From Azolla caroliniana (taxonomy: Eukaryota > Plantae > Polypodiophyta), in contig JBHGNT010000021.1 in the NCBI GenBank assembly GCA_043228905.1, positions 1,054,001 through 1,118,000 of the forward strand: a stretch of 64,000 nucleotides of DNA, given 5' to 3'. The notes under the pieces are model-generated. The model saw only the letters and a program-made list of their open reading frames with translations, did no database searches and had not been told where the DNA came from. How positions within the stretch are numbered: the stretch's first letter is position 1; each line of letters opens with the position of its first letter. This document shows, piece by piece, positions 1 through 12,300 of the stretch. The translations under genes were made by a program, and so were the position numbers.

Positions 1-113
1 TAGGACCAACGAACTTGCTAATAATTCTCTGGCTCAAATGAGAGGCTAGAGGTAATGAGCTGGAGCCTGAATTATTCATACATATTGATTTTTCTTTTTT
101 GTATTTTCTGCAG

Positions 114-214
114 CTGCAGCTGCATCATTATGTGTTCGTGTTAAGGGAGCAATACCTAGCATGCCTGAGAGGAAGGCAGTGCTTGATTTGCTGCAAGAAG
201 TTGGAACCCACTGA
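114..214 (+). CDS. RBSK: Last coding exon of ribokinase (PfkB family); rest of gene lies upstream of the window
   Basis: After a polypyrimidine tract and CAG (111-113) the frame reads AAASLCVRVKGAIPSMPERKAVLDLLQEVGTH* (TGA 212-214). This matches the plant ribokinase C-terminal motif AAAASLCV.VKGAIPSMP.R. Confidence 0.85.
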
Positions 215-3200
215 TATTTTACCAGCATTTTTAACAAAGATAATAAAGTCATTTTAATAAATCCCCATGATAAGTCTTTTCAGAACACTCTTCCTCTGTT
301 GACCTCCCTATGGCAATCAATACATAAAATTGGATCAAACATTGTCACCATTAATTGCTAGCACTTATTCTTGGTTAACATAACATGACTTGCAGTTTTT
401 CTACTTTTTCACACGAAAGTCAGAAATTTGTATTATGTGTAATCAACATGTGGCTTCAAAATGTTTGTTCTGGTAAATTTTCTGATGTTTCATCAACATT
501 TTCTCTGTTTTCTGTGACTTTCTTGATCCAGATTTTGATTCGTGTACACGCATAATCGCATCCGTGTACATATATGCACTGTAATTTCCTTGTTGATGGC
601 TCATTTCTTCATTAGTTACTGTTCTTATAGTTTTATAAATCTTAAATGACCATAATTTTCTGCATGTATTTTGAATACCTTATATTCACATTGAATATTT
701 CTTCGATAGAATCTCATGTCCATTGCCATGGTGATTCGTTTTTTTGGTGTATTTTCACATTTCACTGTTAAAATTCAGATGTTTTCTGGCATGCCAGGGA
801 GAAGGCTACTGCCCACCCAAAAAGGGAAAAATTATAAACAAAATAATAAAATTGAACGAAGATGAGGTATACTACTCATGATGGTTATTAGTGTAGAGTA
901 TTTTGAAACAACATACATAGGTCATATTTGACCTTGAGGGTGATAGTAAATCTGTCTATTGCTCTCTCCGAAGTAAAAGTAGTGTATGTATTAAAACAAC
1001 ATGACAATAAAAAGAACCCTTGCAGTTCTTATTATGATCATGGGAATGTTATAACTTATGATAAGATGAAGCCTCTTTAAATGTTGCAAGACTAGTTGAC
1101 ATTAAAGGCAACTCCTTGGAGGGCAAGGTGTTAGTTCGTTTCAAAAACCACCAAATCAACTTTTCATTTATTTTAGAAAATTAGCGTATATATTAAAACA
1201 ACATACAAAAAAATTTATTATAATAATGAGAATGTTGATGGTGAATTAAATCGTTTAAGGGACTAGGTGCCATAAAAGATTAACTCCTTTAAGGACAAGC
1301 TATATTTAGAGGTCAATTGTGAAAACTACCAAATCAAACTTCCTTTCAACCTAGATACTTATGGTTTTGATTTGAAACTGTCAAAGAAGAACTCATTTCT
1401 CTTGTTCCATTTGTATCATAGAACCCAATGCCTACAATTGTAGCTCCTTGAATGAAAACAGTTGAAAGTAGAACAATAATCTTCTAGTTATTGATGTTGA
1501 AATCTTCTACACAATAATCCAAATGGATTTAGTAACTATTCATGTAAGGAATATGTGTCTACCATCCTTAAGCATTGTATGGTAAAACATAGAGTTGTAT
1601 GAGATCCGCAATGAACTTATTCTAATTTTAAAATGTGTTCTAATGTGGGCTGCTATCTACTTGGGATTTGTTGGGGTTAGATGTCCTTGAGTATGATGCA
1701 TGGAGTTGGATTAATAAAGTAGATCTTGGTTATAAAACAGAATATAGATAAATGTTCAGTTGGTTGGATGAATTTATGTCACGAATGATGATCCATTCAT
1801 TCCGAAACAAGTGTGTCCAGAGGTTCCATCATGAAACCATTTTTCCATTGTCTTGGAATGTACAAAGCAAGGTTTTTTATCTTTGTTGTGAGGGAATCCC
1901 TTGTATTTAATTCTACTTTTCTTTTGTGGAATTTGAGATCCCCTATTAGTGCACCTACCTTTGTTGAGACAAAAGATAATTCTCTTTGTTTGGTCATGGA
2001 TTACCTAGTGTTTATTGAGGTCACAATTCGAAATGGATGTGATTTACCTCCAATCTCAATTTTGGGGCCTTTTAACAAAGCCAAATACTATACAAAGTTG
2101 AATTGTAGATGCATACAATCTTGTTCAAATTCGTCCAAGTGACAAATGGAAATTTATGTGCACACTCGACATGGATTTTTTAGCACACAAATATGCCTTC
2201 TGGTTTCATGAATGTTTTGGAATACCGGGTCTCACAAAAAGGCATTTCAATGGATCCGAAGAATGTTCAAATGGGTCTATGTTGGGAAACGCCTCATTTA
2301 AGGTATGTTGGCTCTCACACAACGTAAACAGAATAATCAATTGTGACGTCCGATGCAACCAATTACAAGTGTTGTACTTGAATTAGTTATAGTCTTGCTC
2401 TTATGAGCCAATAGATTCAATCCCTATAAAGACCAAAACAGTTTGGAGTGTGTGGTTTGTCACAAATGCACTTTTGGGCTAACAACCAAGAGAAACCATA
2501 GATTGTGTTGTCTCGTTAGCACATGCCAAAGGAGGAAACCATAGTATATCCGGAGTGTTGCCCATGCCAAAACTAAGCAATTTTCCAAAAATCCAAAAGC
2601 AAGCCCTGAATTATTGTGCTTTGGTGGGTGACCCCCATGTTAGCGACAACCTATGCAACAACCAGGAATACCCAGATAAACTAGAAATCTGAAGTGAGTT
2701 CCAGAGCTTCAGTGATATGATGAAGGGGGATGTAGCATGGGACTCAATTAAAGTGAACATCATGTTTCCATTCCTAACTCAACTTGGCAAGCCAAGCCAG
2801 AAGCTCCAAACAGGGGTAGCAATCTAAATCAACACTTGGTGCACAGCTGATGATAGGGGGCAATTGTTTTGAATGAGAAAGTGTATGGAGATGTGCTCAA
2901 GAGACAAGCATAGCATAACTCTAACAAATCAATTTGGCACCATTAAGAAACATTGATGAAGCTAACTCTCCATTTAGGAGTTGGGTACGCAAACGAATCA
3001 AAGAAAGAAACTTTTCATCTCTTGGCTTAAGCGAAGCGGAGTGGGACGAACTTGTTGCACATCTTTAAATTCAGCAAGGCTGCATTGAGAAAATGGGAGC
3101 ATGGCCCCGACCCAAGATAGATCAGGAACATACATGGAGCAAAAGAAACATAGATTGGACATGGAAAAAGTAAGCTATAAACTGGGCTTTGTTGCAGGTA

Positions 3201-3874
3201 AATGGATTACGTAGGCTAAATCTTTTTTGTAAAATTACAAACAAAATCACGTAATAGCACAAGATCTTTTTTGATGTTGCATTCTTATTTGTATCTTTTC
3301 ATGGATGCTTACGAAAGTGATCATTTGTTTGTGTACATCTTTAGGTAGTGGCCTCTCCACAACCTATCAAAATTGTACGCCCAACCCAATATATTACGTC
3401 TACCATCTTAAGAAAACTGTGAGCATGATCTTTAGCATTTACTTTAATTGTGTGTTGCTTTATCATCAACATAAGGGAGGTAACAGAACGGTCTTCATCA
3501 CAATTTCTCAGTGTTCTTAGTAACTTGTATAGGCGGCAGACCTTCAGATGTACTGAACAAGGCACATGCAAGTGCTAGTTTTTCACTGCATGCTATCCAA
3601 AATAACACTGCGGTACAGCGCTTTGGTGACAGTTTCTAATAAGTTACTTCAAACATCTGTTTCCAGATGGTTCCTATAATTTACGCCAAATACACATTCA
3701 TATTGGTGTTGGTCCACCACCCAAAACCCAGTATCTTCCATGATTTATATCTTTTTGTTTATCTTGAAGATGAGAAATTATTGTGAGACGCAATCATTAT
3801 TGAATCTCACAGCCCATTTTCGCATCTTCGAGTCATCAATATATCATTCTCTTCTCATCAAATCCTCAATTTAT

Positions 3875-6214
3875 TTACATTTCAATTGTTGTATATATAT
3901 TCTGCAAACTGACATAGGCAGCCACATACGTTTTATCCAGCTGCATAATCTGTTCAAAGCTGCATCTGCCAAGTCTGACATCTGTCCATTTGTTACACAC
4001 ACCCAATATAGTCGAGAACAGAGGAATATGGTAAGAATGAGGCACCTTATCAAGCAAGGCTTTCACCTTATTGAGCTGTCCTGCACGACCAAATAAACTG
4101 ACCATACAGTTGTAATGTTCTAATGTCGGTGTGAAACGATAGACATCACACATTTCGTTGAACAACGTTTCTCCCTCCTTCAATAAACCAGAATGGCTAC
4201 ATGCTGCCAGCAAGACAATGAAAGTCACTGAATTTGGCTCAATACCTTCAGTTTTCATTCTTCTGTAAATCTTCAAAACCACATGAGTTTGACCTACCTG
4301 GGCATACCCAGCAATCAAGGCACTCCAACACACAACATTCCGTTCAGGGAGCTGATCAAATACTTCCCGTGCTTGCTCCAGTGCACCACACTTGGAATAC
4401 ATATCCACCAATGCAGTACTTAGCAAGACGTCCTGCTGCAACAACCCTTGCTTTCTAACCTGAACATGAATATCTTCCCCCGTCTCTAGAGATCCCACAG
4501 CCCCACAAGCTTTCAAAACACACATAAAAGTTACCGTATCTGGATAGATTCTGACAACTTGCATTTGTTTGAAGTATTTCAATGCTTCATCACCAAGCCC
4601 GTGTTCGACATATCCATTGATCAGAACACTCCAAGACACAACATTCCGTATCAAAAGCTCTTCAAACACTTCTCGTGCTTTCTCCAGTGCACCACATTTT
4701 GAATACATGTCTATCAATGTGTTGCCGAGCACAATATCCTTCTGTAATAACCCTTTCCTTCTTACCTCAGCATCTACATCTTGGCCTATCTCTAGTGACC
4801 TCAGAATGCCACAAACTTTCAAAATGCAGATATAAGTTACCACATCTGGATATACTCCCACATATTGCATCTGCCTAAAGCATTTCAATGCTTCATGACC
4901 GAGCCCATTTTGAGAATATCCAGCGATCAGGGCATTCCAACACACAACATCCCTCACATGAATTTGCTCAAATACTTGTCGTGCTTTCTCTATCGCACCA
5001 CATTTGGAATACATGTCCACCAATGAAGTGCCAAGCACAACATCTTTCTGCAATAACCCTTGCTTTCTAACCTCAGCGTCTATTTTTTCCCCAATCCCTA
5101 GAGACCCCACAATACCACAAGCTTTCAAAACAGAGATATAAGTTACTACATTTGGACAAATCCCTGTATCTTGCATTCTTCTAAAGCATTTCAATGTTTC
5201 ATCACCAAGTCCATTTTGGATATATCCAGTCATCAAGGCATTCCAAGAAACCACATTCTGCACTGGAAGTTGCTCAAAGATTTCATATGCTTTCTCTAGT
5301 GCACCACATTTACAATACATGTCCATTAATGCAGTGCCGACTATGACGTTTTTCTGTAATAACCCTATCTTTCTAACCTCTACATCTATACGTTCCCCGA
5401 TCTCTAGAGACTTCACAGAGCCACAAGCTTTCAAAAGGGCAACATAAGTTATTGCATTTGCATGGACTCGTGCATCTTGCATCCTCCTAAAGCATTTCAA
5501 TGCTTCATCACCAAATCCATTTCGGGAATATCCGTCAATTAGCGCACTCCAAGACACAACATCATGCATCGGAAGCATTTCAAATACTTCTCGTGCTTTC
5601 TCCATCTCAGCACATTTGGAGTACATATCCACCAATGCAGTACCAAGCACAACATCTTTCTTCAATAACCCCTGCTTCCTTACTTTGGCATCTATAGCTT
5701 TCCCGGTCTCTAAAGACCTGAGAGCACCACAAGCTTTCAAAACGCATACATATGTTACCAAACTTGGATCAACTTTGGCGCTTTGCATCTTTCTGAAGCA
5801 TTCTAATGCTTTATTGCTGAAGCCATTTTGTGCATATCCCGAAATGAGGGAATTCCAGGACACAACACTCGGGGTTCGAATCTGATCAAACACTTCTTGA
5901 GCTTTCTCGATCTCGCCACATTTGGCATATGTGGTAATTAGTGCAGTTGCGACATAAACATCGTTCGCAACTATGTTTTTCTCGACAGCATCAGCATGTA
6001 TCTTCCTCACCTTTCCCGTGTTCTTTTCTTTCTCGCATGACTTAATGATTTTCAAGAGCGCAGCTCGACATCCAGACTTTACTTTCGGATCAGTTAATTT
6101 TACTGCGGCGCTGGCCAAGCTGACATCTACATCGACTTGCTTGCTTGGATAATTTACCGGGCTGACCTCATGACCAACCAGCTTAGCTGCAGAACTGAGG
6201 CCAGCTGCCGTCAT
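3875..6214 (-). CDS. PLS-class pentatricopeptide repeat protein, E-type (truncated E2, no DYW), intronless CDS; putative organellar RNA-editing specificity factor
   Basis: ~779-aa ORF with L-S, five P-L-S triplets (102-aa period: VVSWNALI.GY..NG / TY..VLKACG..GSL..G / LGTALVDMYSKCG.LEKA..VF), P2-L2-S2 (TPTLEHYNCMV.LFGRAG) and E1/E2 ending AAYVSLQNIY. ATG at 6214 with an in-frame upstream TAG. Confidence 0.95.
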   Translation of the reverse strand: MTAAGLSSAAKLVGHEVSPVNYPSKQVDVDVSLASAAVKLTDPKVKSGCRAALLKIIKSCEKEKNTGKVRKIHADAVEKNIVANDVYVATALITTYAKCGEIEKAQEVFDQIRTPSVVSWNSLISGYAQNGFSNKALECFRKMQSAKVDPSLVTYVCVLKACGALRSLETGKAIDAKVRKQGLLKKDVVLGTALVDMYSKCAEMEKAREVFEMLPMHDVVSWSALIDGYSRNGFGDEALKCFRRMQDARVHANAITYVALLKACGSVKSLEIGERIDVEVRKIGLLQKNVIVGTALMDMYCKCGALEKAYEIFEQLPVQNVVSWNALMTGYIQNGLGDETLKCFRRMQDTGICPNVVTYISVLKACGIVGSLGIGEKIDAEVRKQGLLQKDVVLGTSLVDMYSKCGAIEKARQVFEQIHVRDVVCWNALIAGYSQNGLGHEALKCFRQMQYVGVYPDVVTYICILKVCGILRSLEIGQDVDAEVRRKGLLQKDIVLGNTLIDMYSKCGALEKAREVFEELLIRNVVSWSVLINGYVEHGLGDEALKYFKQMQVVRIYPDTVTFMCVLKACGAVGSLETGEDIHVQVRKQGLLQQDVLLSTALVDMYSKCGALEQAREVFDQLPERNVVCWSALIAGYAQVGQTHVVLKIYRRMKTEGIEPNSVTFIVLLAACSHSGLLKEGETLFNEMCDVYRFTPTLEHYNCMVSLFGRAGQLNKVKALLDKVPHSYHIPLFSTILGVCNKWTDVRLGRCSFEQIMQLDKTYVAAYVSLQNIYTTIEM

Positions 6215-6499
6215 CACCGACTAAACTTAACTAAGTCGAGCACATTTCATGGGTGGATGAGGTCTCATCTGCTTGTTTCTGTACAGAATAAGATGTTTTC
6301 TCCACGATGGGTATGAGAGCAAAACCAAAAATGTCTGGATCATGTTCCTCAGGGTTTCCAAACGCAGCAGAAGAATGAATGCTCAGAGGTGAGGTGTGAT
6401 GGTGTTTTTTCCAAGCTTTTACCTTAGTTACCCTGTTTTGTCTTGAAAGCTGAAGGAAGAGTCCATACCCTGTTCAACAACCGCAAGTCCAGCTCCAGG

Positions 6500-6535
6500 G
6501 ATAGATAGATAGATAGATATACATACATACATACA
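6500..6535. repeat. Compound microsatellite (GATA)n(CATA)n
   Basis: gatagatagatagatagatatacatacatacatacat visible directly. Confidence 0.9.
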
Positions 6536-8564
6536 TGATAGCATATGAGAGAATCAACAACAAGGCAACTCTGCATTTTCTAGGAGTTGTATGAATGAGA
6601 ATGAGTTCATGAGGTCCGCGAGAACCCGTGGTCTCTGCCCACGAAGATGTGTGTTGGTCATCGCCCATGCCATGCCATGCTGGTAAATGGTAAATGTGTC
6701 ACGAGCGGTTCTGCAATGCCCACGAACGTGTGTTGTCCATCAGCCATGCCGGTAAATGTGTGTTGATATAGGAAGACGGTCCAAATTTTCATGCTTGGTA
6801 GGCAGCATGCAAGGAGGTCCTCGTTATGAATCCTTCTTCCCTTCCCATTTTGAGACTCTTGTTTTGTTGTTCTTACCTTTTTCAATGAATACCTTAAGTT
6901 TTCTAGTAGTTTGTCTCCATAATAATAAAGTAATGTGATACATCAAAAACACACAAGCGACTCTTAGTAGGACATTTGACAAGATTATTAGACAATGCAT
7001 TTGACATATTTAGGCCAACCTTTTTCATTGAGACTAGTTGAAGAAATGGTCTTTTGGAATTAAAATAAGCATTTCCCATCATTACACCAAGTAATTTCAT
7101 TGAGACCCATTCGACAAAGGATTTGTTACAATGGACTAAGCATTTACCACCATAAATGAGTATTGCATGAAGCATTTGTTGTGTGATAGAATAGCATAAA
7201 ACTTGACTTATCATCATGGTATACATAACATTTTTATAAACCTCGTGTTTATGTATATTATTTGACAAAACATTAAGGATACGTGCTACATTTCTAGAAA
7301 TACTCAAGGTTGTGTCAATGCTTCCCCTGATACAAGAGGGAAATTTGATCATATTCCATAGTTGTATCAAAGTGAGTCAATATTAATTTATGGATAAACT
7401 CAAGGTCATAGTGAAGCATTTGAATGTAGTGGTGCTTCTCGTTGGCCCAAAATATCAATAATACTTTCAAATAGTTTGGCATAACATTTTGACATTTATG
7501 AATGAGACATTTTTTCCCCAGTGAACACCTACTAACCAATGAATGCATGATTAGTCAATAGTTTAAAGCATAGGAATGAAGGAGTAACTAAATGCCTTAG
7601 GTGATGGGTTATATCAAATATGTGTATTCCATGAGGTGCAAGCATGAATTGAATCAATCAATATGATGAAGCAATAGGTAATTCCACTTTTATTTGATGA
7701 GGCGTATTAAGGGGGGCGGTAAAATTACACAATTGGGATCTATAAACAAAATGTTTCATGGGATTATAAACCCAACCCTTGAAAGTTGTTGACGATAGAA
7801 CCCCCATGAATCTACAACCCATATAGTTCCAGGAGATGTCTAAATTCAATCTTTGCTATTGGATCGAGAGAGAAGGGTTGATCCCCCAAACAAACACATA
7901 CGTATGTAGATATGTCTATGCAAACAAAATATATGGGCATAAATATTGGTTAGTAGTAGTTGGGCAGTAACACATTGGAGTAGCGAGGCATGGGATGGAT
8001 TGGAGCTAGAGAGAGAGAGAGAGATGTAGCTCAATTGGTAAGGTTGTCCATTGGAGACCTGAAGGTCATATAGCATCTAGTGTATTATCAAGAGAATATG
8101 TATGGAGTAACAAAGTGGCAAGAAAGTTGTCTCTCGACCACGAGACCTAGGATTAATCGTTGACAACTTACCACTAAGGTAAGCTAATTCGGAGAAAGAA
8201 ATATTTAGAGATAATTAAGAGGCATTCTTGAAATTTCTAGAATGAACCATATGTATCATACGTGCATTCGCGTTCGAGAATGATTCAATCAAACGTGTAT
8301 GGTAAATCATCTCAAAGTTGGATTGGATTGGATTGACTAGGGTCTATATTATATATTGATTCACTCTCAATCCCAATAAGTGGACTCTAATTCATTGTGA
8401 ACCACCAACATAAGTATGGTTGCAATATTTACATTGTATGACATGCATACTTTTGGGATGCGAATCAAGACATCTCTATCACCCTCACTTTAGAACTTTA
8501 CAAAAAAATGAGTATGAACTATAGAGATTGAATCAAAACATGTCATTATAAACTATAATCAAAC

Positions 8565-9180
8565 ATTCAAAAACTCATAAAACGTATATTCAAGAATATG
8601 AAGAAAACGTGACATAGGCAGTAGTAGCATAACAACTTACCACTGGGGTGACCTAATTTCTAATAACAAAGAAAGAGAAAAAGAAACGATCAAAAACTCA
8701 TAAAACGTATATTCGAGAATATGAAGAAAACATGACATAGGCACTAGTAGCATAACAACTTACCACTAGGGTGACCTAATTTCTAATAAGAAAGAAAGAA
8801 AGAGAAAGGAATGACACTAACATAAAATTTTGCCATGACATAGGCAGTAGTAGCATAACAACTTACCACTCGGGTGAGCTCATTTCTAATAACAAAGAAA
8901 GAAAGAAAAAGAAGAAAAAGGAACATGACACTAACATGAGGATAGGAGAAAGTTAGGGATTGAACCCAAGACACAAGTAATAGTAGCACGTCAACTTAGC
9001 ACTAGGTTGTGCTTAGTTCCAATAATAAAAAATAAAAGAAACACTAACATAAAATTTTGCTATGACATGGTACTAATGAGAGAGAGAGAAAGAGATGAGA
9101 AAATTGGGAATCGAACCCAAGACATAGACAGCAAAAGCATGACTCCTTACCACTAGGGCGAGCTAAATTATAATAACAAT
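8565..9180 (-). repeat. Tandem array (~5 units, 105-150 bp) of tRNA-like/SINE-head fragments upstream of TDP1
   Basis: Recurrent core GTAGCATAACAACTTACCACTAGGGTGA(C/G)CT near 8622, 8744, 8848, 8982 and 9135. The reverse strand gives A-box-like TAGTGGTAAG, with B-box-like GGGTTCAATCCC / GGGTTCGATTCCC in two units. Confidence 0.7.
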
Positions 9181-9396
9181 AATTGAAAAAAAGGAGCACG
9201 TATTTTTCCCTTTTCAAACGTGTTCGTTTCCAAACGTTTGAATGCTTGCAGGAACACGAATATTACGTTCTATGACCCCAAGTTTGGGGATTTTGAAAGG
9301 GCACTTTTGTAATTTCAGTAAACATAGAGACAATCTTCTTCTTCTTCTTCTTCACCGTCGTTCTTCTTCTTCATCCCCCGAGTTTCTCCTCAGCTC

Positions 9397-12300
9397 ATGG
9401 AACACTCACAGGTGATTCATCTGTGTTTGTGTGCGTGCTTCCATGTCTTTCTTCACGAGGAAGAATTTGTATTATTTTCTCTGCAAAAAATTGGTGGCCC
9501 TTTTGTGTTTCTAGCTCCGTTAAGCAAAGAAAGGAAGGGTGCCTGTTTTGTCTGATTTTAGCTTTTGCAAGAAATGGACAGTGGGTTTCTTTTTTTGTGT
9601 GTCTATTGTTAACGAAGGCAAAAGAAAATTCGGCAGTTTCTGTTAGAAGGTGTTTTATGAAGGTTTATTTCTCATAAAAGAAGAAGAAAATCGGGTGTTT
9701 TGTGTAGAAGAAGAGAGGAAAAAACATAGGTATTATAATTACTGAAAATCGAATCGCTGTTTCAGTCAGAGAAAATGTACGTTGCCGTATGTTGTGACAT
9801 TCTGGTCTTATTTAATAAAAAAAGAGATCAGTTCTCAGATTAATATATGAGAGACGATGTCAAATTCAATAAAAAACAGAAGAAATTCGTAAATTGATGC
9901 TAGAAAGTTGTTTATGCACAGAATCCCTATTTTTTAGATGAATAGAAATGGTTCTATTTTGGTGTCTTATTTCTTCAAGGAAAGAGAAAATCTCTGTACA
10001 CTGTTGTTAGAAAGTGTTTATGAGAGAATTGGGCTCTCCTACAGAGGTAGAAAGTCTGGTAGTAAATGTATATTAGAGATCACCATTTCAACTCAAAACT
10101 TGATGGATAGAAGTAATAGAAGGTAACTGACAAACAAAATAAGGTTTGATCCATTTTCATGTGCACATGTGATACATATGGAGAATTGAACATTATCGAA
10201 TTATTGTTAGAAAGTGTTTGTGAGAGAGATCACAACCTCCCTTGAACATAGAGGCACAGAATGTTTGTTGGAAAGTGTTTACGAGATCTCAAATTTCAAC
10301 TTGAGATTTAAATCTTAATGGATGACCGTGAAAGATCTTGGTTATGAGGTCTCAAATTTCAACTTGAGATTTAAATTTTAATGGATGAATGGGAAATATC
10401 TTGGCCCACACCTTAAGTTTATTGTGACAATGTGAATAAGATTTGATCCCTTTTCTTGTTTGCTATTCCATATATCTGGAGAATTCAAACACTATGAAAT
10501 TGACAAGCTAAATTGAACCTCATTTTTGCAGCTGCAACTTGGTCTTCTGGTTCCTCTTGAAGAAATTGATGGGTTAGGCACCAGCGGTCGGAACATCACC
10601 CTTTTCGAGGGATATAATTCAATTGGGCGGAATGACTTAGCGATCACTAGCAAACATGTTAGCCGCAAACATATTAGCATACATGCATCTAATGATGGCA
10701 CGTTCCAAGTCACAGTGGTGAATATCCTTAGTTTTCTTCAAACAATTTAGAAAAACATGTTTGACATATGAATCAATGACCAGAATGTCAAAATCAATTG
10801 AGATACCTAATTCTCATCTGCGCTGTATAGGGCTTTGATTTGCAAATCCACAATAATTTTTTTGATCACTCTCCTACAATGATTTCTTTTTGATTCTTGA
10901 GTTTCACTTTTGTGGACTTCCAGGAAACACACAATGTGGTTAGGGAGGTTGTTTGGTAGTTTGAGGATTTTAGCATTAATTCCTCTTTGAAATGAAACAT
11001 GGGTAATGGAAGAATCATGTGTACAAAACTCCCATCATGCTGTTTCTAGTTGTATTGTACCACACTTCTAGGGAATATGTGGTTAATGTCTTTGGCTAGC
11101 ATCCTGGACATGTTTCCTGATTCCATTCATGATGGCATATGATGCTGCTGATACACGTGCATGAAGGCATGTAGCATAAATCTTGTTCAAGAAAAACTCA
11201 TCTGTAGGCCACATTTCCCAATGATGCATGTGAAAACTGTCTGCCCGCAGATTCCATTACCAGGCGGTCATCTCATATTCGTAATGTACCGATGGGAAGT
11301 TGGAACCTGTATATCATAAAATCTCACTCTGGCAAAGCTTATCATTATGACTTTTGAAGGATCTGAAAACAAGGATCTTATGAGACAGAGATCAAACAAC
11401 ACAGTTTCAAGGAATAACCAGAGTTCTTTATTGGTCAACTGATAAATCATTAGCTAGTAGCTGCATATGAAATGTTGTTTCTAAAGTACTTGTTTGATTC
11501 ACTTCGTTAACTCTGTATGTAGATGCTATATATCCTCATTGCATCCGGGATGTATGCAGGAAGGGCAGAATCCTATTGTATTGAGAACAGAAAGTGCAAG
11601 GCAAGAGATCAAGCCTCAAGAGAAGCGGGTTGTACACATTGGGGATGTTCTAGAATTTCTTCCAGGAAAATATCCATTTAAATTAACTGAATATTCAGGT
11701 AAAAGCTGGGCCTCTGTGATGTCTTCAGAGGAGAACGGGCTGTCTCTTAAAAGGAAGAGGCAAGAACTGATGGATGAAACTCTGGCTAGGGCATTGCAGG
11801 TAAGCAATGCATGCTTGTCTGTTTAATAAATTATAACACATATTTCCCTAATGGTTTTAGTAGTTCATTATATGTGTAGGATATGGAAGATAGACCTGCT
11901 CAAAATTCTTATGATCATGCATCTAACCCTAGATCAAGTTGGAAAAATAATGCTATAACAAATAATGATTCAACATCGTGCTCAAATTTAAAAGGAGCTA
12001 CTCAAGGCTGTAATCCAAGCACCTTTCAGCTTTTTAAAGTAAGAGGTTTGCCAAGCTGGGCCAATGCTGGTTGTGTTGGCATTCAAGATGTGATCGAGGT
12101 AGTTGATTTTCCTATCTTATTTTTATATACTCCACTTTATTTCTTCTTCTCTGGCATCTATAGTCTGTTATGGCCTGTGCATATTGAATACTTAATGAGA
12201 ATTCAAATCTCTCGGGTGCTTCACTTTATTTCTTCTGCTCTTGAGTCTATAGTCTGTTAAGGCCTATGCTTATTGAATACTTAATGAGAATTCAAATCTC

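Noticed and set aside
1400-3200. Possible decayed LINE ORF1 or other coding remnant (ORFs 1797-1997, 1813-2142)
   Set aside because: Only vague resemblance (KVELNTRDSL); no diagnostic motif could be established by eye.
4234-5885. Plus-strand ORFs overlapping the PPR gene
   Set aside because: Antisense shadows of the repetitive PPR coding sequence.
8565-9180. CRISPR-like appearance of the repeated 30-bp core
   Set aside because: Spacers are mutually homologous and variable in length, the context is eukaryotic, and there are no cas genes; it is a tandem repeat.
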